This document shows positions 1-17,154 of a stretch of 64,000 bases of DNA, piece after piece. The notes under the pieces were generated by a model. The model worked only from the letters and a program-made list of their open reading frames with translations. It was not told the origin of the DNA and made no database searches. Numbering within the stretch: the first letter of the stretch is position 1; each line of letters starts with the position of its first letter. Source of the DNA: an uncultured archaeon (GTDB taxonomy: Archaea > Thermoproteota > Nitrososphaeria > Nitrososphaerales > Gagatemarchaeaceae); NCBI GenBank assembly GCA_963817525.1, contig CAWFOU010000007.1, positions 576,001 to 640,000 on the forward strand, read 5' to 3'. The translations under genes and the position numbers were made by a program.

Positions 1-1840
1 TATTTTGCCGAGTTCCCTTACCTACAGTTCCCCGATACGCCTTAGGCTTCTCACCTAGGATCACCAGTGTCGGTTCTAGGTACGATCTCGTACACCCCTC
101 TCATTCCTCTGTTTTCAATGTCTCCTGGAATCCAGTAAACGACCCCAACGGGCCGCTATTCTCTTCTCGAGAAAGTTCTCGTCATTACGACACTCCCTTT
201 CTCTCAATAGATTAAACAGAGCGATAAACTCTGCAAACCGTATCCGGAAGCGTCAGAGGCGATACAGTCCCTTGCGGGACAACGGAATGCACGAGGCTGC
301 AGAATATTAACTGCATTCCCTCGTTCGAACGAATACGTTGGTTTCGTTCTTAGGATCGGCTAACTCCTGGCTGATGACGCATTGCCAGGAAAACCGTGTC
401 CTTTCGGCGATCAGGATTCTCACCCGACTACGCTGCTACTACTACCAGGATCTGCACTGGAAATCGGTCCACTGGACCTCACGGCCCAGCTTCTTCCCAA
501 TCACCACGCCAATCTACCACATACGTCTCACAGAGACGCAGTCCAGAGTATCGGTACTGGGCTTTAGCCCCGTCCATTTTCGGGGCCCCTAACCTCGGCA
601 GGTGAGCTGTTACGCTTTCTTTGAAGGGTGGCTGCTTCTAAGCCTACCTCCCTGCTGTTTTAGGTCAAAGACTCCCTTTTGCTTGACACTTAGCCCAAAT
701 TTGGGGACCTTAACTCTAGTCTGGGTTAAACCCCTCTCGGTTATGAGGCTTACCCCACATAAACCCGCCTCCCCGCGTCGACTGCGTTGACACATTCGGA
801 GTTCAAGAAAAAGGTGGACCCTTTCGGATCCTTGTCTTTTCGTTGGTGCTCTACAGCGTCAACAACATCGGCGGAGACAGGACTGGGATCCGCTTCGATT
901 GGAACTAGCAATCACCAAGCTAGATAGGCTTTTGGCCCCTTGTCCAGAATCAGGGGACTAAATTGCACGTTAAGACCCTTGCAGACCTCCACCAGGCTTT
1001 CGCCCGGCTTCATCTTGTTCTGGACACGATCGTTTGGTTTCTAGTCTAAACCGCCATGACTCAAAGGCCCTTTCAGACCTCCTCCCACGCGCCTTGCGGC
1101 GTTACGGAGAATCGGTTTCCCTTCGCCTCCGGGCTTCGAACCCTTAGGCTCGCCATGACAGTTAACTCCCTGGCCCGTGTTTCTAGACGGAACGCACCAC
1201 ACTGAGGCACTTAACCCCTCTTGAGCGGCCTTGCGGCCACTCGCGTTGGATTCATACCTCTTTCATGCGATGCACGTCTGTAGCCAAATTGTTTCAGGCT
1301 CTTTGCACACCCCTTTCGGGGTACTTTTCAGCTTTCCCTCGCGGTACTGTTTCGCTATCGGTCTTGGGTAGTGTTTAGCCTTGGAGGCTGCTTTCCTCCG
1401 TCTTCGCTAGACATTGACGAATCCAGCTACTCTGCCCTCAGCACGACCTCGCTTCCAGCTCGCCTACAGGAGTATAACCTTCTATTCTGTGCCATTTCAG
1501 GCAACTTCGGCTACTGGTCGCAGGGTCGCATATGCTGGGGCGAACACTACATCTCCCTACCCTTTCGGGTAGGGATTCGGTTTGGGCTAACCCGTTTTCG
1601 CTCGCCGCTACTAACGGGATCTCAATTGATTTCTCTTCCTGCTGGTACTCAGATGTTTCCTTCCCCAGCGTTCGCGCGCCTTGCGGCGCACCGGAGCGCT
1701 TGCGCAACTCCGGTGGATTGTACTCCATTCGGGTATCTCTGGATCGTAGATTGCGTGCGTCTCCCCAGAGCCTATCGCGGCTTGCCACGCCCTTCCTCGC
1801 CACCCAAGCCAAGCCATTCACTATTTGGCGTAGTTGTGTC
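1..1840 (-). rRNA. rrl: 23S rRNA, 5' part (continues beyond window start)
   Basis: Reverse complement shows conserved archaeal 23S segments (ACTACGCC...GTGAATGGCTTGGC near the 5' end, CCGATAGCGAAACAGTACCGCGAGGGAAAG, GTAAGGGAACTCGGCAAA). 5' end approximate. Confidence 0.97.
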
Positions 1841-1996
1841 GAATGATTAACATCCCCGGCGGATGCTTGCGCGAACCCAATGCACGGCTTCATCACGGAG
1901 GCGCCACTATCCGCGCTCGCAATTTCCGTGGCGCGTGGTGGCCCGTCCTTGTTCCGCTTGCCCTTCGCATGTCATTCAGCATGACATGCTGCATAC

Positions 1997-3650
<1,654 letters not shown>

Positions 3651-3773
3651 CGGTTAGATCTCCACATTTGTACGCGCATCTGGAGGTCGTGCGTCTCAAA
3701 GCAAGGGCTCCGCCCGTCCGCTCCACGCAGACGCCGCCAAGCTATGCGCAAAAGTCCGTATCTTCGCCGTCCG

Positions 3774-3790
3774 GATATAAACCTTCCATT
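3774..3790 (-). promoter_or_regulatory. Probable rRNA operon promoter (BRE/TATA)
   Basis: Minus strand GGAAGGTTTATATCC about 200 nt upstream of the 16S 5' end. Confidence 0.6.
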
Positions 3791-3800
3791 CTGGCGCGAG

Positions 3801-4385
3801 TTAGAGACCGTAGACCTTGGGGTTCAGCCAGGGGAAGAGGGCCATCGAGACGCACTGCTCGGTCATCTGCACGCGCGAGAGGCGCCTCCCGCTAAGGTGG
3901 TAGACTATGCCGTGCTCCTCACGGATCTTGCCGGCCCCCGTGAGCTCGTGGGCGTAGCGGTCGAGCTCCTCGTGGCTCTCCTTCAGCTTCGAGGCGAACT
4001 TCCCAGGGATGGGGAACCCGGAGGAGCACCCGAAGGAGAGGTGGCCTGCCGAGTCGACGACGGCCGCGACCTGCAGGTTGAGGTGGTGCCCTGGCCAGCC
4101 CTTGCCCAGCTCCACGAGGCCGGCCTCCACGCCGACGCCATAGTCGGGTCTGGCGGTCTCGAGCGCGAAGATGGCCCTCTCCTGCGCCCCCTCCACCGTC
4201 TCCTCCAGCGTCAGCGGCTGGGACCTGACCAGCGCGGTGGTGTCGACCGCCTTGAGCACAACCGTCCCAAATGCGTGGGAGAAGGCGAGCCTGGTGCCCT
4301 TCATCTTGGCCGGGTTGGCCGACCCCAAAGCGACCCGGGTGCGCCTCGCAGGCTTCATCTGGATGGCCGAAGCTCCGTTCGGCAC
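3801..4385 (-). CDS. yjjX: Inosine/xanthosine triphosphatase (YjjX/DUF84 family)
   Basis: VALGSANPAK N-terminal motif, QPL..EET..GA..RA, GVGVEAG, GIV..LS...LSR. Confidence 0.85.
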   Translation of the reverse strand: MPNGASAIQMKPARRTRVALGSANPAKMKGTRLAFSHAFGTVVLKAVDTTALVRSQPLTLEETVEGAQERAIFALETARPDYGVGVEAGLVELGKGWPGHHLNLQVAAVVDSAGHLSFGCSSGFPIPGKFASKLKESHEELDRYAHELTGAGKIREEHGIVYHLSGRRLSRVQMTEQCVSMALFPWLNPKVYGL

Positions 4386-4415
4386 TTTTTATAGTTCTGC
4401 GAGGACGCAAGCCGC

Positions 4416-9391
<4,976 letters not shown>

Positions 9392-9511
9392 TTTTCGACG
9401 GTGGCCGCTATAAGGCTATGGCAGGTGCAATATGGAACCACATGTCTAGAACGCGCGGGGCGCACCCGGCAGACGAAAGGCTTTTTGACCGCGCGCGGGC
9501 CTCGGACCCTT

Positions 9512-9657
9512 GCGAGAGTAGCTAAGCCTGGTCAACGGCGGCGGGGCCGATTCGGCGCCGATACTCAAGATCAGATGTCGCTCCAGGGCCTACAGCGACG
9601 CAAGGAGAAATCCGCTCGTTTAGGCGTTCGTGGGTTCGAATCCCACCTCTCGCACCA
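9512..9657 (+). tRNA. tRNA-Leu(CAA) with two BHB introns (30/31: 9545-9562; 37/38: 9570-9609); CCA encoded
   Basis: Acceptor GCGAGAG/CTCTCGC-A-CCA; spliced anticodon arm GCGGA-CTCAAGA-TCCGC; long variable arm; T-loop TTCGAAT. Confidence 0.9.
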
Positions 9658-9673
9658 TAAAGAGCATCGAGGC

Positions 9674-10006
9674 CTAGTACACGAATGCCCTGACCGGCTT
9701 GGAAAGGAGGCCTCTCATGAACTCGACAAGGTCCTCCTTCACTTTGAACTCCTTCACGAGCAGCCGCCTGCCCGGGGCTGGGGCGTTCCCACCCTTCCTC
9801 TCGTACACCATCAGGGTGTAGGTGTCGTGGGGCGACCTCGTGGCGAAGACGAACTGGCCCCTCTTCCCCTGGTAGTCGCCGAAGGTCCTGATGCCGCTGT
9901 CGAGGTCGAGGAGGTCCACCTCCTCCACCAGCTTGGTGAAGGAGCCCACCTTCTTCTCGTAGAACAGTTCCCGGGACAACGGGCCCACGGGCGCCCTCCA
10001 CTCCAT
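9674..10006 (-). CDS. Hypothetical protein (110 aa)
   Basis: Host-like codon usage, ATG at 10006, divergent from cysS. Confidence 0.6.
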   Translation of the reverse strand: MEWRAPVGPLSRELFYEKKVGSFTKLVEEVDLLDLDSGIRTFGDYQGKRGQFVFATRSPHDTYTLMVYERKGGNAPAPGRRLLVKEFKVKEDLVEFMRGLLSKPVRAFVY

Positions 10007-10100
10007 ATGAGACTTGCGCTCGCGACAAAGGCTAACATACAAGCCGGGCCCGCCGTCATCGGCAAGACCTACAGTGACAACAGAGAGGCGGCGCAGCATC

Positions 10101-11297
10101 ATGCTCTTCGACACCATGAGCCAGAAGAAGGAGCCTCTGAAGGTCGTCCCAGGGGAGACCCTTCGGATGTTCGTGTGCGGGCCGACCGTCCAGAGCTTCA
10201 TACACGTGGGGAACGCGCGGACGCACGTCCTCTACGACGTGCTGGCGAGGTACCTGACGAGCCTCGGCGCCCGCGTGGACTTCCTCATGAACATCACCGA
10301 CGTGGACGACAGGATAACCGAGACCGCCAAGAGCGAGGGAGGGAGCCCCGCCGAGGTCGCGGACAAGTACACGCATGCGTTCTTCGAGGATATGCGAGCC
10401 CTGAAGGTCCAGTCCGTGACGAGCTTCGAGCGCGTCTCCGAATACGTCCAGGTGATGATAGACCAAATCACGATTCTCCTCGAGGATGGATACGCGTACC
10501 AGGCCGACGGGGTCGTCTACTTCGACACGTCCAAGTTCCCGGACTATGGTAAGCTCTCCCACCAGTCGAAGAGCGAGCTGTCGCTGAGGCCCCTGGAGCT
10601 CACCCCGAACAAGAGGAACCTCCTGGACTTTGCGCTCTGGCGGCCGGTCATCCTCGAGGAGGGTAAGTGGGACAGCCCGTGGGGGAGGGGGTCTCCGGGT
10701 TGGCACATCGAGGACACGGCCGTGACCCAGATGAGCTTCGGGCCGCAATACGACATCCACGGCGGCGCGTACGAGCTGATCTACCCGCACCATGAGGCCG
10801 AGATAGCGCAAGGGGAGTCCCTGACGGGTATGAGGCCGCTCGTGAGGTACTGGGTGCACACCGGGCTGCTCAACCTGAGCGGGCGGAAGATGTCAAAGTC
10901 AGCGGGGAACACCTTCCTGGTGAGGGAGCTCCTCAGGGAATACAGCGCCGACGAGCTGAGGCACTACCTCCTCTCGTGGCACTACAGGGACGACGTGGAG
11001 TTCAGCATCCCCCGGCTGAGGAAGGCGAGCAGGGCGTACCTGAGAGTTGCGGGCAAGGCCAGGAGGCTGAGGGCCTCCGCGAAGGCCGCGGGAGGCGCGG
11101 AGCGCTCCCCCGAGGAGGTGAGCAAGCGCCTCTCTCCGTTCTACTCGGCCATGGACGACGACATAGACACCCCCAGGGCGATAAGGTGGGTCGAGGAGGA
11201 GCTGGTCGGCGGGGGCTCGAAGGACGCGGCGCTGGACTATTCGGCGCTGCGCATAGTGTCTGACGTGCTTGGAGTGGACTACCTTGCCGAGCGGTGA
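10101..11297 (+). CDS. cysS: Cysteinyl-tRNA synthetase
   Basis: MFVCGPTV, HVGN (HIGH), NITDVDD, DFALW, PGWHIED, HHEAE, KMSKS. Confidence 0.93.
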   Translation: MLFDTMSQKKEPLKVVPGETLRMFVCGPTVQSFIHVGNARTHVLYDVLARYLTSLGARVDFLMNITDVDDRITETAKSEGGSPAEVADKYTHAFFEDMRALKVQSVTSFERVSEYVQVMIDQITILLEDGYAYQADGVVYFDTSKFPDYGKLSHQSKSELSLRPLELTPNKRNLLDFALWRPVILEEGKWDSPWGRGSPGWHIEDTAVTQMSFGPQYDIHGGAYELIYPHHEAEIAQGESLTGMRPLVRYWVHTGLLNLSGRKMSKSAGNTFLVRELLREYSADELRHYLLSWHYRDDVEFSIPRLRKASRAYLRVAGKARRLRASAKAAGGAERSPEEVSKRLSPFYSAMDDDIDTPRAIRWVEEELVGGGSKDAALDYSALRIVSDVLGVDYLAER

Positions 11298-12588
11298 TGA
11301 CAGGGAGTACGAGCTCAACGAGGTGGGCTGGTGGGGAAAGTGGGTCGACGAGACCGTCTGGGTCTCCAAGAACAGCTACGCCGTCTTCTCGGATGAATTC
11401 AAGGGCGAGGACTTCTACAACCGGGGCGGGTTCATTGGGGCGGAGAGGGTGCCCAGGGACGCCGTCGAGGCCATAGAGAAGGAGTTTGCGAAGAGGAAGA
11501 GGTCGAAGCCCTGCATCGTGGTGGAGGAAGGCAGGCCATGGAAGAAGGTGCGCGCGTCCTTGTCCAAGAGGGGTTATGCGGTGACAGACAGGATGCTGGT
11601 GATGGAGGGACGAAGGAAGGCCAAGCCCTCGGCGAACCCGGAGGTCGAGGTCGTGGTCGTGGGCCCTCGCCCGAAGGGCAAGGAGCTCCAGGAGTGGACC
11701 CGGGTCTATCTCCAGGCCTTCTACAGCGACCAGAGACTTGGCGACGTCGTCGGCAAGATAATGCGCAAGGCGGTCAAAGACAGGAAGGTCAGCGTGATCC
11801 TGGCGAGGGTGGGGAATGAGGCGGCCGGGTGTGCGGTCATGTACAGGTCGGCCGGCGCGGTGGCGGGGGCCTATTGCATCGGGACGGCCCCGAGCTTCAG
11901 GGGAAGGGGGGTGGCCGCGACGATGGTGGGGCTCATGCGCGACCTCGCCCAGGGGGAGAAGAGGCGGCTCATCCTGCAGACGCTGGCCTCCGACTCCGTG
12001 GAGGGGTTCTACCTCAAGCAGGGGTTCAGGCTGGCATACACCAAGACGTTCTTCGAGCACAGCCCCCGGAAGGCGTTGCCAGAGGATGGCGTGCCGTCCG
12101 GCGAGAGCTTCGGGGTCACCATAAACAGGGCCGCGGCCGCCGGGGTCACGGTGCCCTTCGTCGAGGTCTTCTCGGGGTTCGAGGCGGTCGACGCGGTGAG
12201 GGCCTTGTTCGGCCCGGACACGGAGGAGATAATCGGGAAACTGAAGATATCCCTGGATTCGCCCCGCGGCTACCTCCGGGTCGACGGCGAGACTGGCCAC
12301 GTGATAATCAACCCCGAGTACCTCAAGACAGGCCACGAGAGGCACCTCTACCTCGACGTGATACACGAGCTCGCCCACGTGCGGCAGTTCAGGGAGGGGA
12401 GGGAGCTCTACGACCGGAGGTATCCGTACTTCGAAAGGCCGACGGAGATAGAGGCCTACCAGGTCGCCGTGGAGGAGGCCCGGAGGATCGGCATGGGCAG
12501 GGAGGAGATAGTGGAGTACCTCAAGGTCGAATGGGTCACCGAGGATGAGTTCAAGAGGTTCGTCTCGATGATGCGCATCGAAGACTGA
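11269..12588 (+). CDS. GNAT acetyltransferase fused to a C-terminal HEXXH (zincin-like) domain
   Basis: IGTAPSFRGRGVA acetyl-CoA motif and FYLKQGF; C-terminal IHELAHVRQ...RPTEIEAY. Confidence 0.75.
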   Translation: MEWTTLPSGDDREYELNEVGWWGKWVDETVWVSKNSYAVFSDEFKGEDFYNRGGFIGAERVPRDAVEAIEKEFAKRKRSKPCIVVEEGRPWKKVRASLSKRGYAVTDRMLVMEGRRKAKPSANPEVEVVVVGPRPKGKELQEWTRVYLQAFYSDQRLGDVVGKIMRKAVKDRKVSVILARVGNEAAGCAVMYRSAGAVAGAYCIGTAPSFRGRGVAATMVGLMRDLAQGEKRRLILQTLASDSVEGFYLKQGFRLAYTKTFFEHSPRKALPEDGVPSGESFGVTINRAAAAGVTVPFVEVFSGFEAVDAVRALFGPDTEEIIGKLKISLDSPRGYLRVDGETGHVIINPEYLKTGHERHLYLDVIHELAHVRQFREGRELYDRRYPYFERPTEIEAYQVAVEEARRIGMGREEIVEYLKVEWVTEDEFKRFVSMMRIED

Positions 12589-12631
12589 GGTCGGGGTGAT
12601 GGTTTATACGCATCCGAGGTCTCAGACGGCC

Positions 12632-12943
12632 ATGAAGGCGATTTACGTGGTCTACGCCAACTGGTGCCCTCACTGCGTCCCGACCACGGTGGAGCCGGTC
12701 CAGCGCCTAGGGGCGCAGGTAGGAGTCCCTGTCGTCCTTTACGACATCGACACCGAGGACGAGGAGAAGGCTGACGACTTGGTGAAGAAGTATGGCGACT
12801 GGACCCCGGACTATTTGATACCCCAGGTCTTCGTCGAGGAGGACGACGGGAAAATCCGGCACGTCCTGACGGGAGACCGGCGAGGAATCCAGTACACCAA
12901 GCGGGCGGTAGAGGGCCTGGCGCAGAAGATAAAGTCAGGTTAG
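12632..12943 (+). CDS. Thioredoxin/glutaredoxin-like protein
   Basis: YANWCPHC motif and IPQVF cis-Pro loop. Confidence 0.8.
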   Translation: MKAIYVVYANWCPHCVPTTVEPVQRLGAQVGVPVVLYDIDTEDEEKADDLVKKYGDWTPDYLIPQVFVEEDDGKIRHVLTGDRRGIQYTKRAVEGLAQKIKSG

Positions 12944-12950
12944 TGGGCCG

Positions 12951-13643
12951 CTAGGACACCAGCGTACCTACGCGCTCCCCGAGCAGGGCCTTGCGGACGT
13001 TCGCCGGGAAGAAGCCGTTGGTGACCACGAGTGGGAGCTTGTGCTTCGCGATGAACCTCACTGCTACCGGGTCGACGATGCTGTGGATCCCTGGCCTGTG
13101 GCTGGACCCCCCGAGTATCTTGACGAACTCCTGGTAGGGCAGGCTGTGCAGGAGCTTGGCGTCCTTGTCCGTCCTGGGGTCGGCGGTATAGACGCCGTCC
13201 TGGTCGGAGGCCTTCACCAGCAGGTCGGCGCGCCAGGCGTCGCCGAGGATCGCGGCCACCGTGTCCGTGGTTATCCCCGGCCTGAGCCCGCCCATCACCC
13301 CGACCTTGCTCTTCTCGAGCTCGATTGTCATGCCCTGGATGGTGGTGGAGACCCTCTTGACGCCTAGCTCCATCGCGACGAGCTTCGCGTTCAGCCTCGA
13401 GGCCTCGATGGCGATCATGTCCTGGAGCTCCCGGGGCATCCCCAGCTCCTTTGCCGAGCCTATGTAGGAACGGGCGACCTGGCCACCGCCGACGACCACC
13501 CCCACGGAGCGCCCCGCCTTCAAGGCCTCTTGGACAACCTCCGCGTAACCGCTGAGGAGCTTGGCCTTGGGGGGCGAGCCGAGGACAGACCCTCCTATCC
13601 GAAGGACGACCTTGTTGGCTCCTGAGGCTGGCATGCTGGCCAC
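12951..13643 (-). CDS. pyrH: UMP kinase
   Basis: VVLRIGGSV, VVVGGGQVAR, MGGLRPGITTD, DGVYTADP. Confidence 0.9.
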   Translation of the reverse strand: MASMPASGANKVVLRIGGSVLGSPPKAKLLSGYAEVVQEALKAGRSVGVVVGGGQVARSYIGSAKELGMPRELQDMIAIEASRLNAKLVAMELGVKRVSTTIQGMTIELEKSKVGVMGGLRPGITTDTVAAILGDAWRADLLVKASDQDGVYTADPRTDKDAKLLHSLPYQEFVKILGGSSHRPGIHSIVDPVAVRFIAKHKLPLVVTNGFFPANVRKALLGERVGTLVS

Positions 13644-13693
13644 GTGCCCGGGGTAGTTTTTATAAACTAGCGCAGTAAACTTTCCTGTCCCGA

Positions 13694-13825
13694 ACTTTTT
13701 TTGATGGTGCTCTGGGGAGGGCGATTATCGGGAGTTTCTCCACGAAGGTAGTGCTGAAGCAGGGCCGGGCCGCGACGCAGGTTCTCAAAGAGGCGTTCAA
13801 CCTCAGCGACGACGTTATATCGTGA
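13694..13825 (+). pseudogene. Short relic resembling the C-terminal part of a VirB4/TraG-type ATPase
   Basis: Start-less frame FFDGALGRAIIGSFSTKVVLKQGRAATQVLKEAFNLSDD; resemblance judged from recalled consensus only. Confidence 0.4.
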
Positions 13826-13882
13826 GTCTTCTTGAACCTCCAAGAGGAATATGGGAGTAGAAGTGCGAAAGCTATACTCTTC

Positions 13883-15988
13883 CTACTTACTGTATTTCTC
13901 TCGGCGAGAATGGCTTCGTAGTTGCAATGCCCCCACCGCCACCAGCCAAATTGCTGCAATGGACCCCACCCCCCCTCTCGTCAAGGGAAAGGGGATGCTA
14001 ACCCCCGTCGTAGTTGCTGAAGTCGTCGTGGTGACGGTGCTGTTCCCCTCGCTCGATGTTACCACAGTCACCACACCGGATGGTATCGAAGCAGTGATGT
14101 AGATCGTCGAATCGGGCTGGATCTGAATCAATGGAATCGTCGCCCAATACGACGGCCCCGGGTTGTTGGTCGCGTTGGGGTTATCGTAACCGACCCACAA
14201 GGTAAAGTTGTAGTAGCCACTCGTATACCCGGCGGTCCCGTTGAAATAGAGGGGAGCGAGTTGCATGTAACCGGTGCCGTTGACGTCACCCATGTTGATG
14301 CAATAGTGCAATGACTCCTCGTTCCCCTCGTTGAATGGTCCATCTTGGATCACGATGACCGTCCCATTGGTCACGACCGTTCCCCCCTGGTCCGTGACCA
14401 CCTTCATGTAGACGGCCCCTTCTGTGGCCGGATTGAGTTGCACGTTCATCAATGTACTGCAGTCAGGGATGAGTTCACCAAGCCTCGTCGAGGTGCTGGT
14501 TGATGATGACTGAGTTGTGGGAGAAATCACCCAGACCGCCGCCTGACAGGAAACATACACATCCCCGTTCGATGTGTCGACGGAGCTTCCACTAGGAAAT
14601 GTGCAGAGTGGGACGGTCGCAACTACAGTATTCGTCGCTCCAGAGATGATAGATATGGTGCTGTTTATGAGGCATGCGCCCGCTTGGCACACGTCTTGCG
14701 TCTGACTCGGGACGTATATGTCGCCATTCATTGGATTGAAAACGGGTTGCCCTGCGCTGACCCCTAAAGTCGTGGTCAGGGCATTGGTTGAACCGGATAT
14801 GACCGACACGCCGCTTCCGGTGGGCACATAGACAGCACCATTGGCAGAATCGACTACGGGGGTCCCAGGGCCGTCGCCGACAACGACGTTGGTGAGCAGG
14901 GAGTTCGTCGCCCCCGATATCACGGATGTGGTGTTTCCCCCCGTGTTTGATACGTAGATGTCTCCGTTCGCGGGGTCGAACATGGGTGGCGAAGGGGAGT
15001 CAAACGACTGAAATTGATTCGTGAGAGGAAGCGGGGCGTAGGGGGAAGGGTATTCAAAATTGAGAGTAATGTTACCGACCAGCACATTTGTTTCCGTCGA
15101 GATGACCAGCACATATCCTGGCACATCTCCCACAGGGCAACCGTTGTTGCAAGGAAGGGTGCCCGTCATGTAGATGTACCCGTTCGCGGGGTCGAACACC
15201 CCTCCGTTGACGCCGGGCATGACGCTTACGTTTGCCACCAGCGTGTTGGTCGCCCCGGATATGACAGAGGTATAGTTGGAATGGTAGTTAGGGACATAGA
15301 TGTCACCGTTTTGAGGGTCAAAGATAGGGGTGACGGGGTAAGAGCCAACGGGAACCATCGAGACGAGTGTCTCTCCGGATACGATCGCGACCGTGCTAGA
15401 CAAACACGGGGGTGACGGAGAATAAGATGTCGAACAACACGATATGGGAACAGATGAACACGTGATGGACACGTAAAGATCTCCGTTGGTCGGGTCGATG
15501 AATGGCCTAAACGGGGAACTCCCTACAGCGCCCAGTCGTAATACTGCGAGAACCGTGTTTGTGCTGCTGGATATCACTGAGAGCGAGGCGTTACCCTGGG
15601 CGTATTCACCAGCACCGGCGGGCGGTGGTTGGATACTTGGCATATACAAGTATCCGTTGGCCGGGTCGAAAACCATTCCCCCAGGGCTGGGGGCCAGAAG
15701 GACCTGCCTTGAATTGAATGTTGTGATGCTCCTTCCGCTCGAAGAGGAACTCGAGGTCCGTGCCGACGTAGCGCTCGTGGACGTGGAGGATGATGTATTT
15801 GCGGAGGATGACAAAGACGAGGTGGAAGTCTGGTTCGTGCTCGTGGCAGCGATGGGAGATGACGTGGACGCAACCTGCTTGGACGAGAATGAGGCGTAGA
15901 CGAAGATCGAAAGTACGATTAGCAGGGCCACGAAGAGGGCAGCCATCGGCGCACCGGACCCGTTGCCCTTTGGGCTTTTCGTATTCAT
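13883..15988 (-). CDS. Membrane-anchored YncE/YVTN-type beta-propeller surface protein
   Basis: N-terminal TM plus Ser/Thr linker; repeated FDPxNGDIYVxN...VSVISGATN units; C-terminal hydrophobic segment with basic tail. Confidence 0.85.
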   Translation of the reverse strand: MNTKSPKGNGSGAPMAALFVALLIVLSIFVYASFSSKQVASTSSPIAATSTNQTSTSSLSSSANTSSSTSTSATSARTSSSSSSGRSITTFNSRQVLLAPSPGGMVFDPANGYLYMPSIQPPPAGAGEYAQGNASLSVISSSTNTVLAVLRLGAVGSSPFRPFIDPTNGDLYVSITCSSVPISCCSTSYSPSPPCLSSTVAIVSGETLVSMVPVGSYPVTPIFDPQNGDIYVPNYHSNYTSVISGATNTLVANVSVMPGVNGGVFDPANGYIYMTGTLPCNNGCPVGDVPGYVLVISTETNVLVGNITLNFEYPSPYAPLPLTNQFQSFDSPSPPMFDPANGDIYVSNTGGNTTSVISGATNSLLTNVVVGDGPGTPVVDSANGAVYVPTGSGVSVISGSTNALTTTLGVSAGQPVFNPMNGDIYVPSQTQDVCQAGACLINSTISIISGATNTVVATVPLCTFPSGSSVDTSNGDVYVSCQAAVWVISPTTQSSSTSTSTRLGELIPDCSTLMNVQLNPATEGAVYMKVVTDQGGTVVTNGTVIVIQDGPFNEGNEESLHYCINMGDVNGTGYMQLAPLYFNGTAGYTSGYYNFTLWVGYDNPNATNNPGPSYWATIPLIQIQPDSTIYITASIPSGVVTVVTSSEGNSTVTTTTSATTTGVSIPFPLTRGGVGSIAAIWLVAVGALQLRSHSRREKYSK

Positions 15989-16205
15989 CGGGAAGCGTTT
16001 TGAGCGTCCAGTCCAAATTAAAGGCTGTGATGCTGTGTTCTACAGTCCCGCGGGATATAGGTCAGCCTCGACTTCCGGGGGCATGCAGAGAATCAAGGTA
16101 ACTGGATATAGCAGTAAGTTGGGGTGAGGTTTCATAAATTAGACTAGTGCACTTTCATCTCCACTACCTCAATCCGAGGCCCCGAATCAGCTGCAATAGA
16201 GCGGA

Positions 16206-16994
16206 CTACCCGGTGGCGTTTTGGTACTCAACCGTCTGGACAAGCCAAGCAGTCTGGAAGCCGCTCATCGAGACAATCGTACCACCTGGCACCATGGAGG
16301 AACCCAAGCATCCCTGAAGGAACGGCTGGTAGAATGGGAAATTAGCTACCCCGACGCTGATTTGCGACATATTGTATCCCACCGCAAGCGGGATCTGGGT
16401 CGGGCACGCGTCAAAGTAGCCCAGCAAGAACTGTCCGGTCGTGCCTGGCGACACCGAGACCGTGTAGGTGACGTTGAGGCCCACCGGTCCAGCCTTCGTA
16501 ACATTGATGGATGGTGGGCTGGAGCTCGCAGTGGCCGTTGTCGCATTGACGAGGGTGTACTGTTCCGGAATCGATAGGACACCGGAGAAAGACGGTTCGA
16601 GAATGCTCGCAGTAAAGGCTTGTACTTCGCATGAGGGCTGAACCGGCTGGCAGGTCATCTCTGGGTCGGACTGATAGGCGACTACGAAACTGGCATTGGT
16701 CTCGCCCAGCGGGATTACCAACACCCTCTCGCAAAGATAGAGGCTTGTCTGTGTCATCAACGGGAAGCTCGAGTTGGTGTTTGGTCCGCCTGTTTGCTGG
16801 GCGCTCGGGCAGTTGATCTCGCCCACTCCCTGCAGTGACTCGACCATAGTCGACACTTGCGTGGCGGTAGTGGTCTCGACTCGCGCAGGAGCGAAGTAGG
16901 ACGAGACAACGATTCCGGCCGAGACAATCACCGCGGCCAACACAACCGCTAGAGCGATTCGAGCATGGTTCCGCCCGGTGCCTGCCGGGGTCAT
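16206..16994 (-). CDS. Hypothetical secreted/membrane-anchored protein
   Basis: N-terminal TM, Thr-rich linker, paired Cys, NxS/T sequons. Confidence 0.65.
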   Translation of the reverse strand: MTPAGTGRNHARIALAVVLAAVIVSAGIVVSSYFAPARVETTTATQVSTMVESLQGVGEINCPSAQQTGGPNTNSSFPLMTQTSLYLCERVLVIPLGETNASFVVAYQSDPEMTCQPVQPSCEVQAFTASILEPSFSGVLSIPEQYTLVNATTATASSSPPSINVTKAGPVGLNVTYTVSVSPGTTGQFLLGYFDACPTQIPLAVGYNMSQISVGVANFPFYQPFLQGCLGSSMVPGGTIVSMSGFQTAWLVQTVEYQNATG

Positions 16995-17154
16995 TTGGTC
17001 CGCAATTGCTCATCTCGTGATTAATACCTTTGTCCGAATCCCCGGCGGGGGCGCAATGAACCCGATACACGGCGAATGTTCTCCCGCTTCTTCACCAACG
17101 TATGTTCCATCGGGTTCAATAGCGACCGGAACTCTCCGAATTTCTTGAGGCGCC

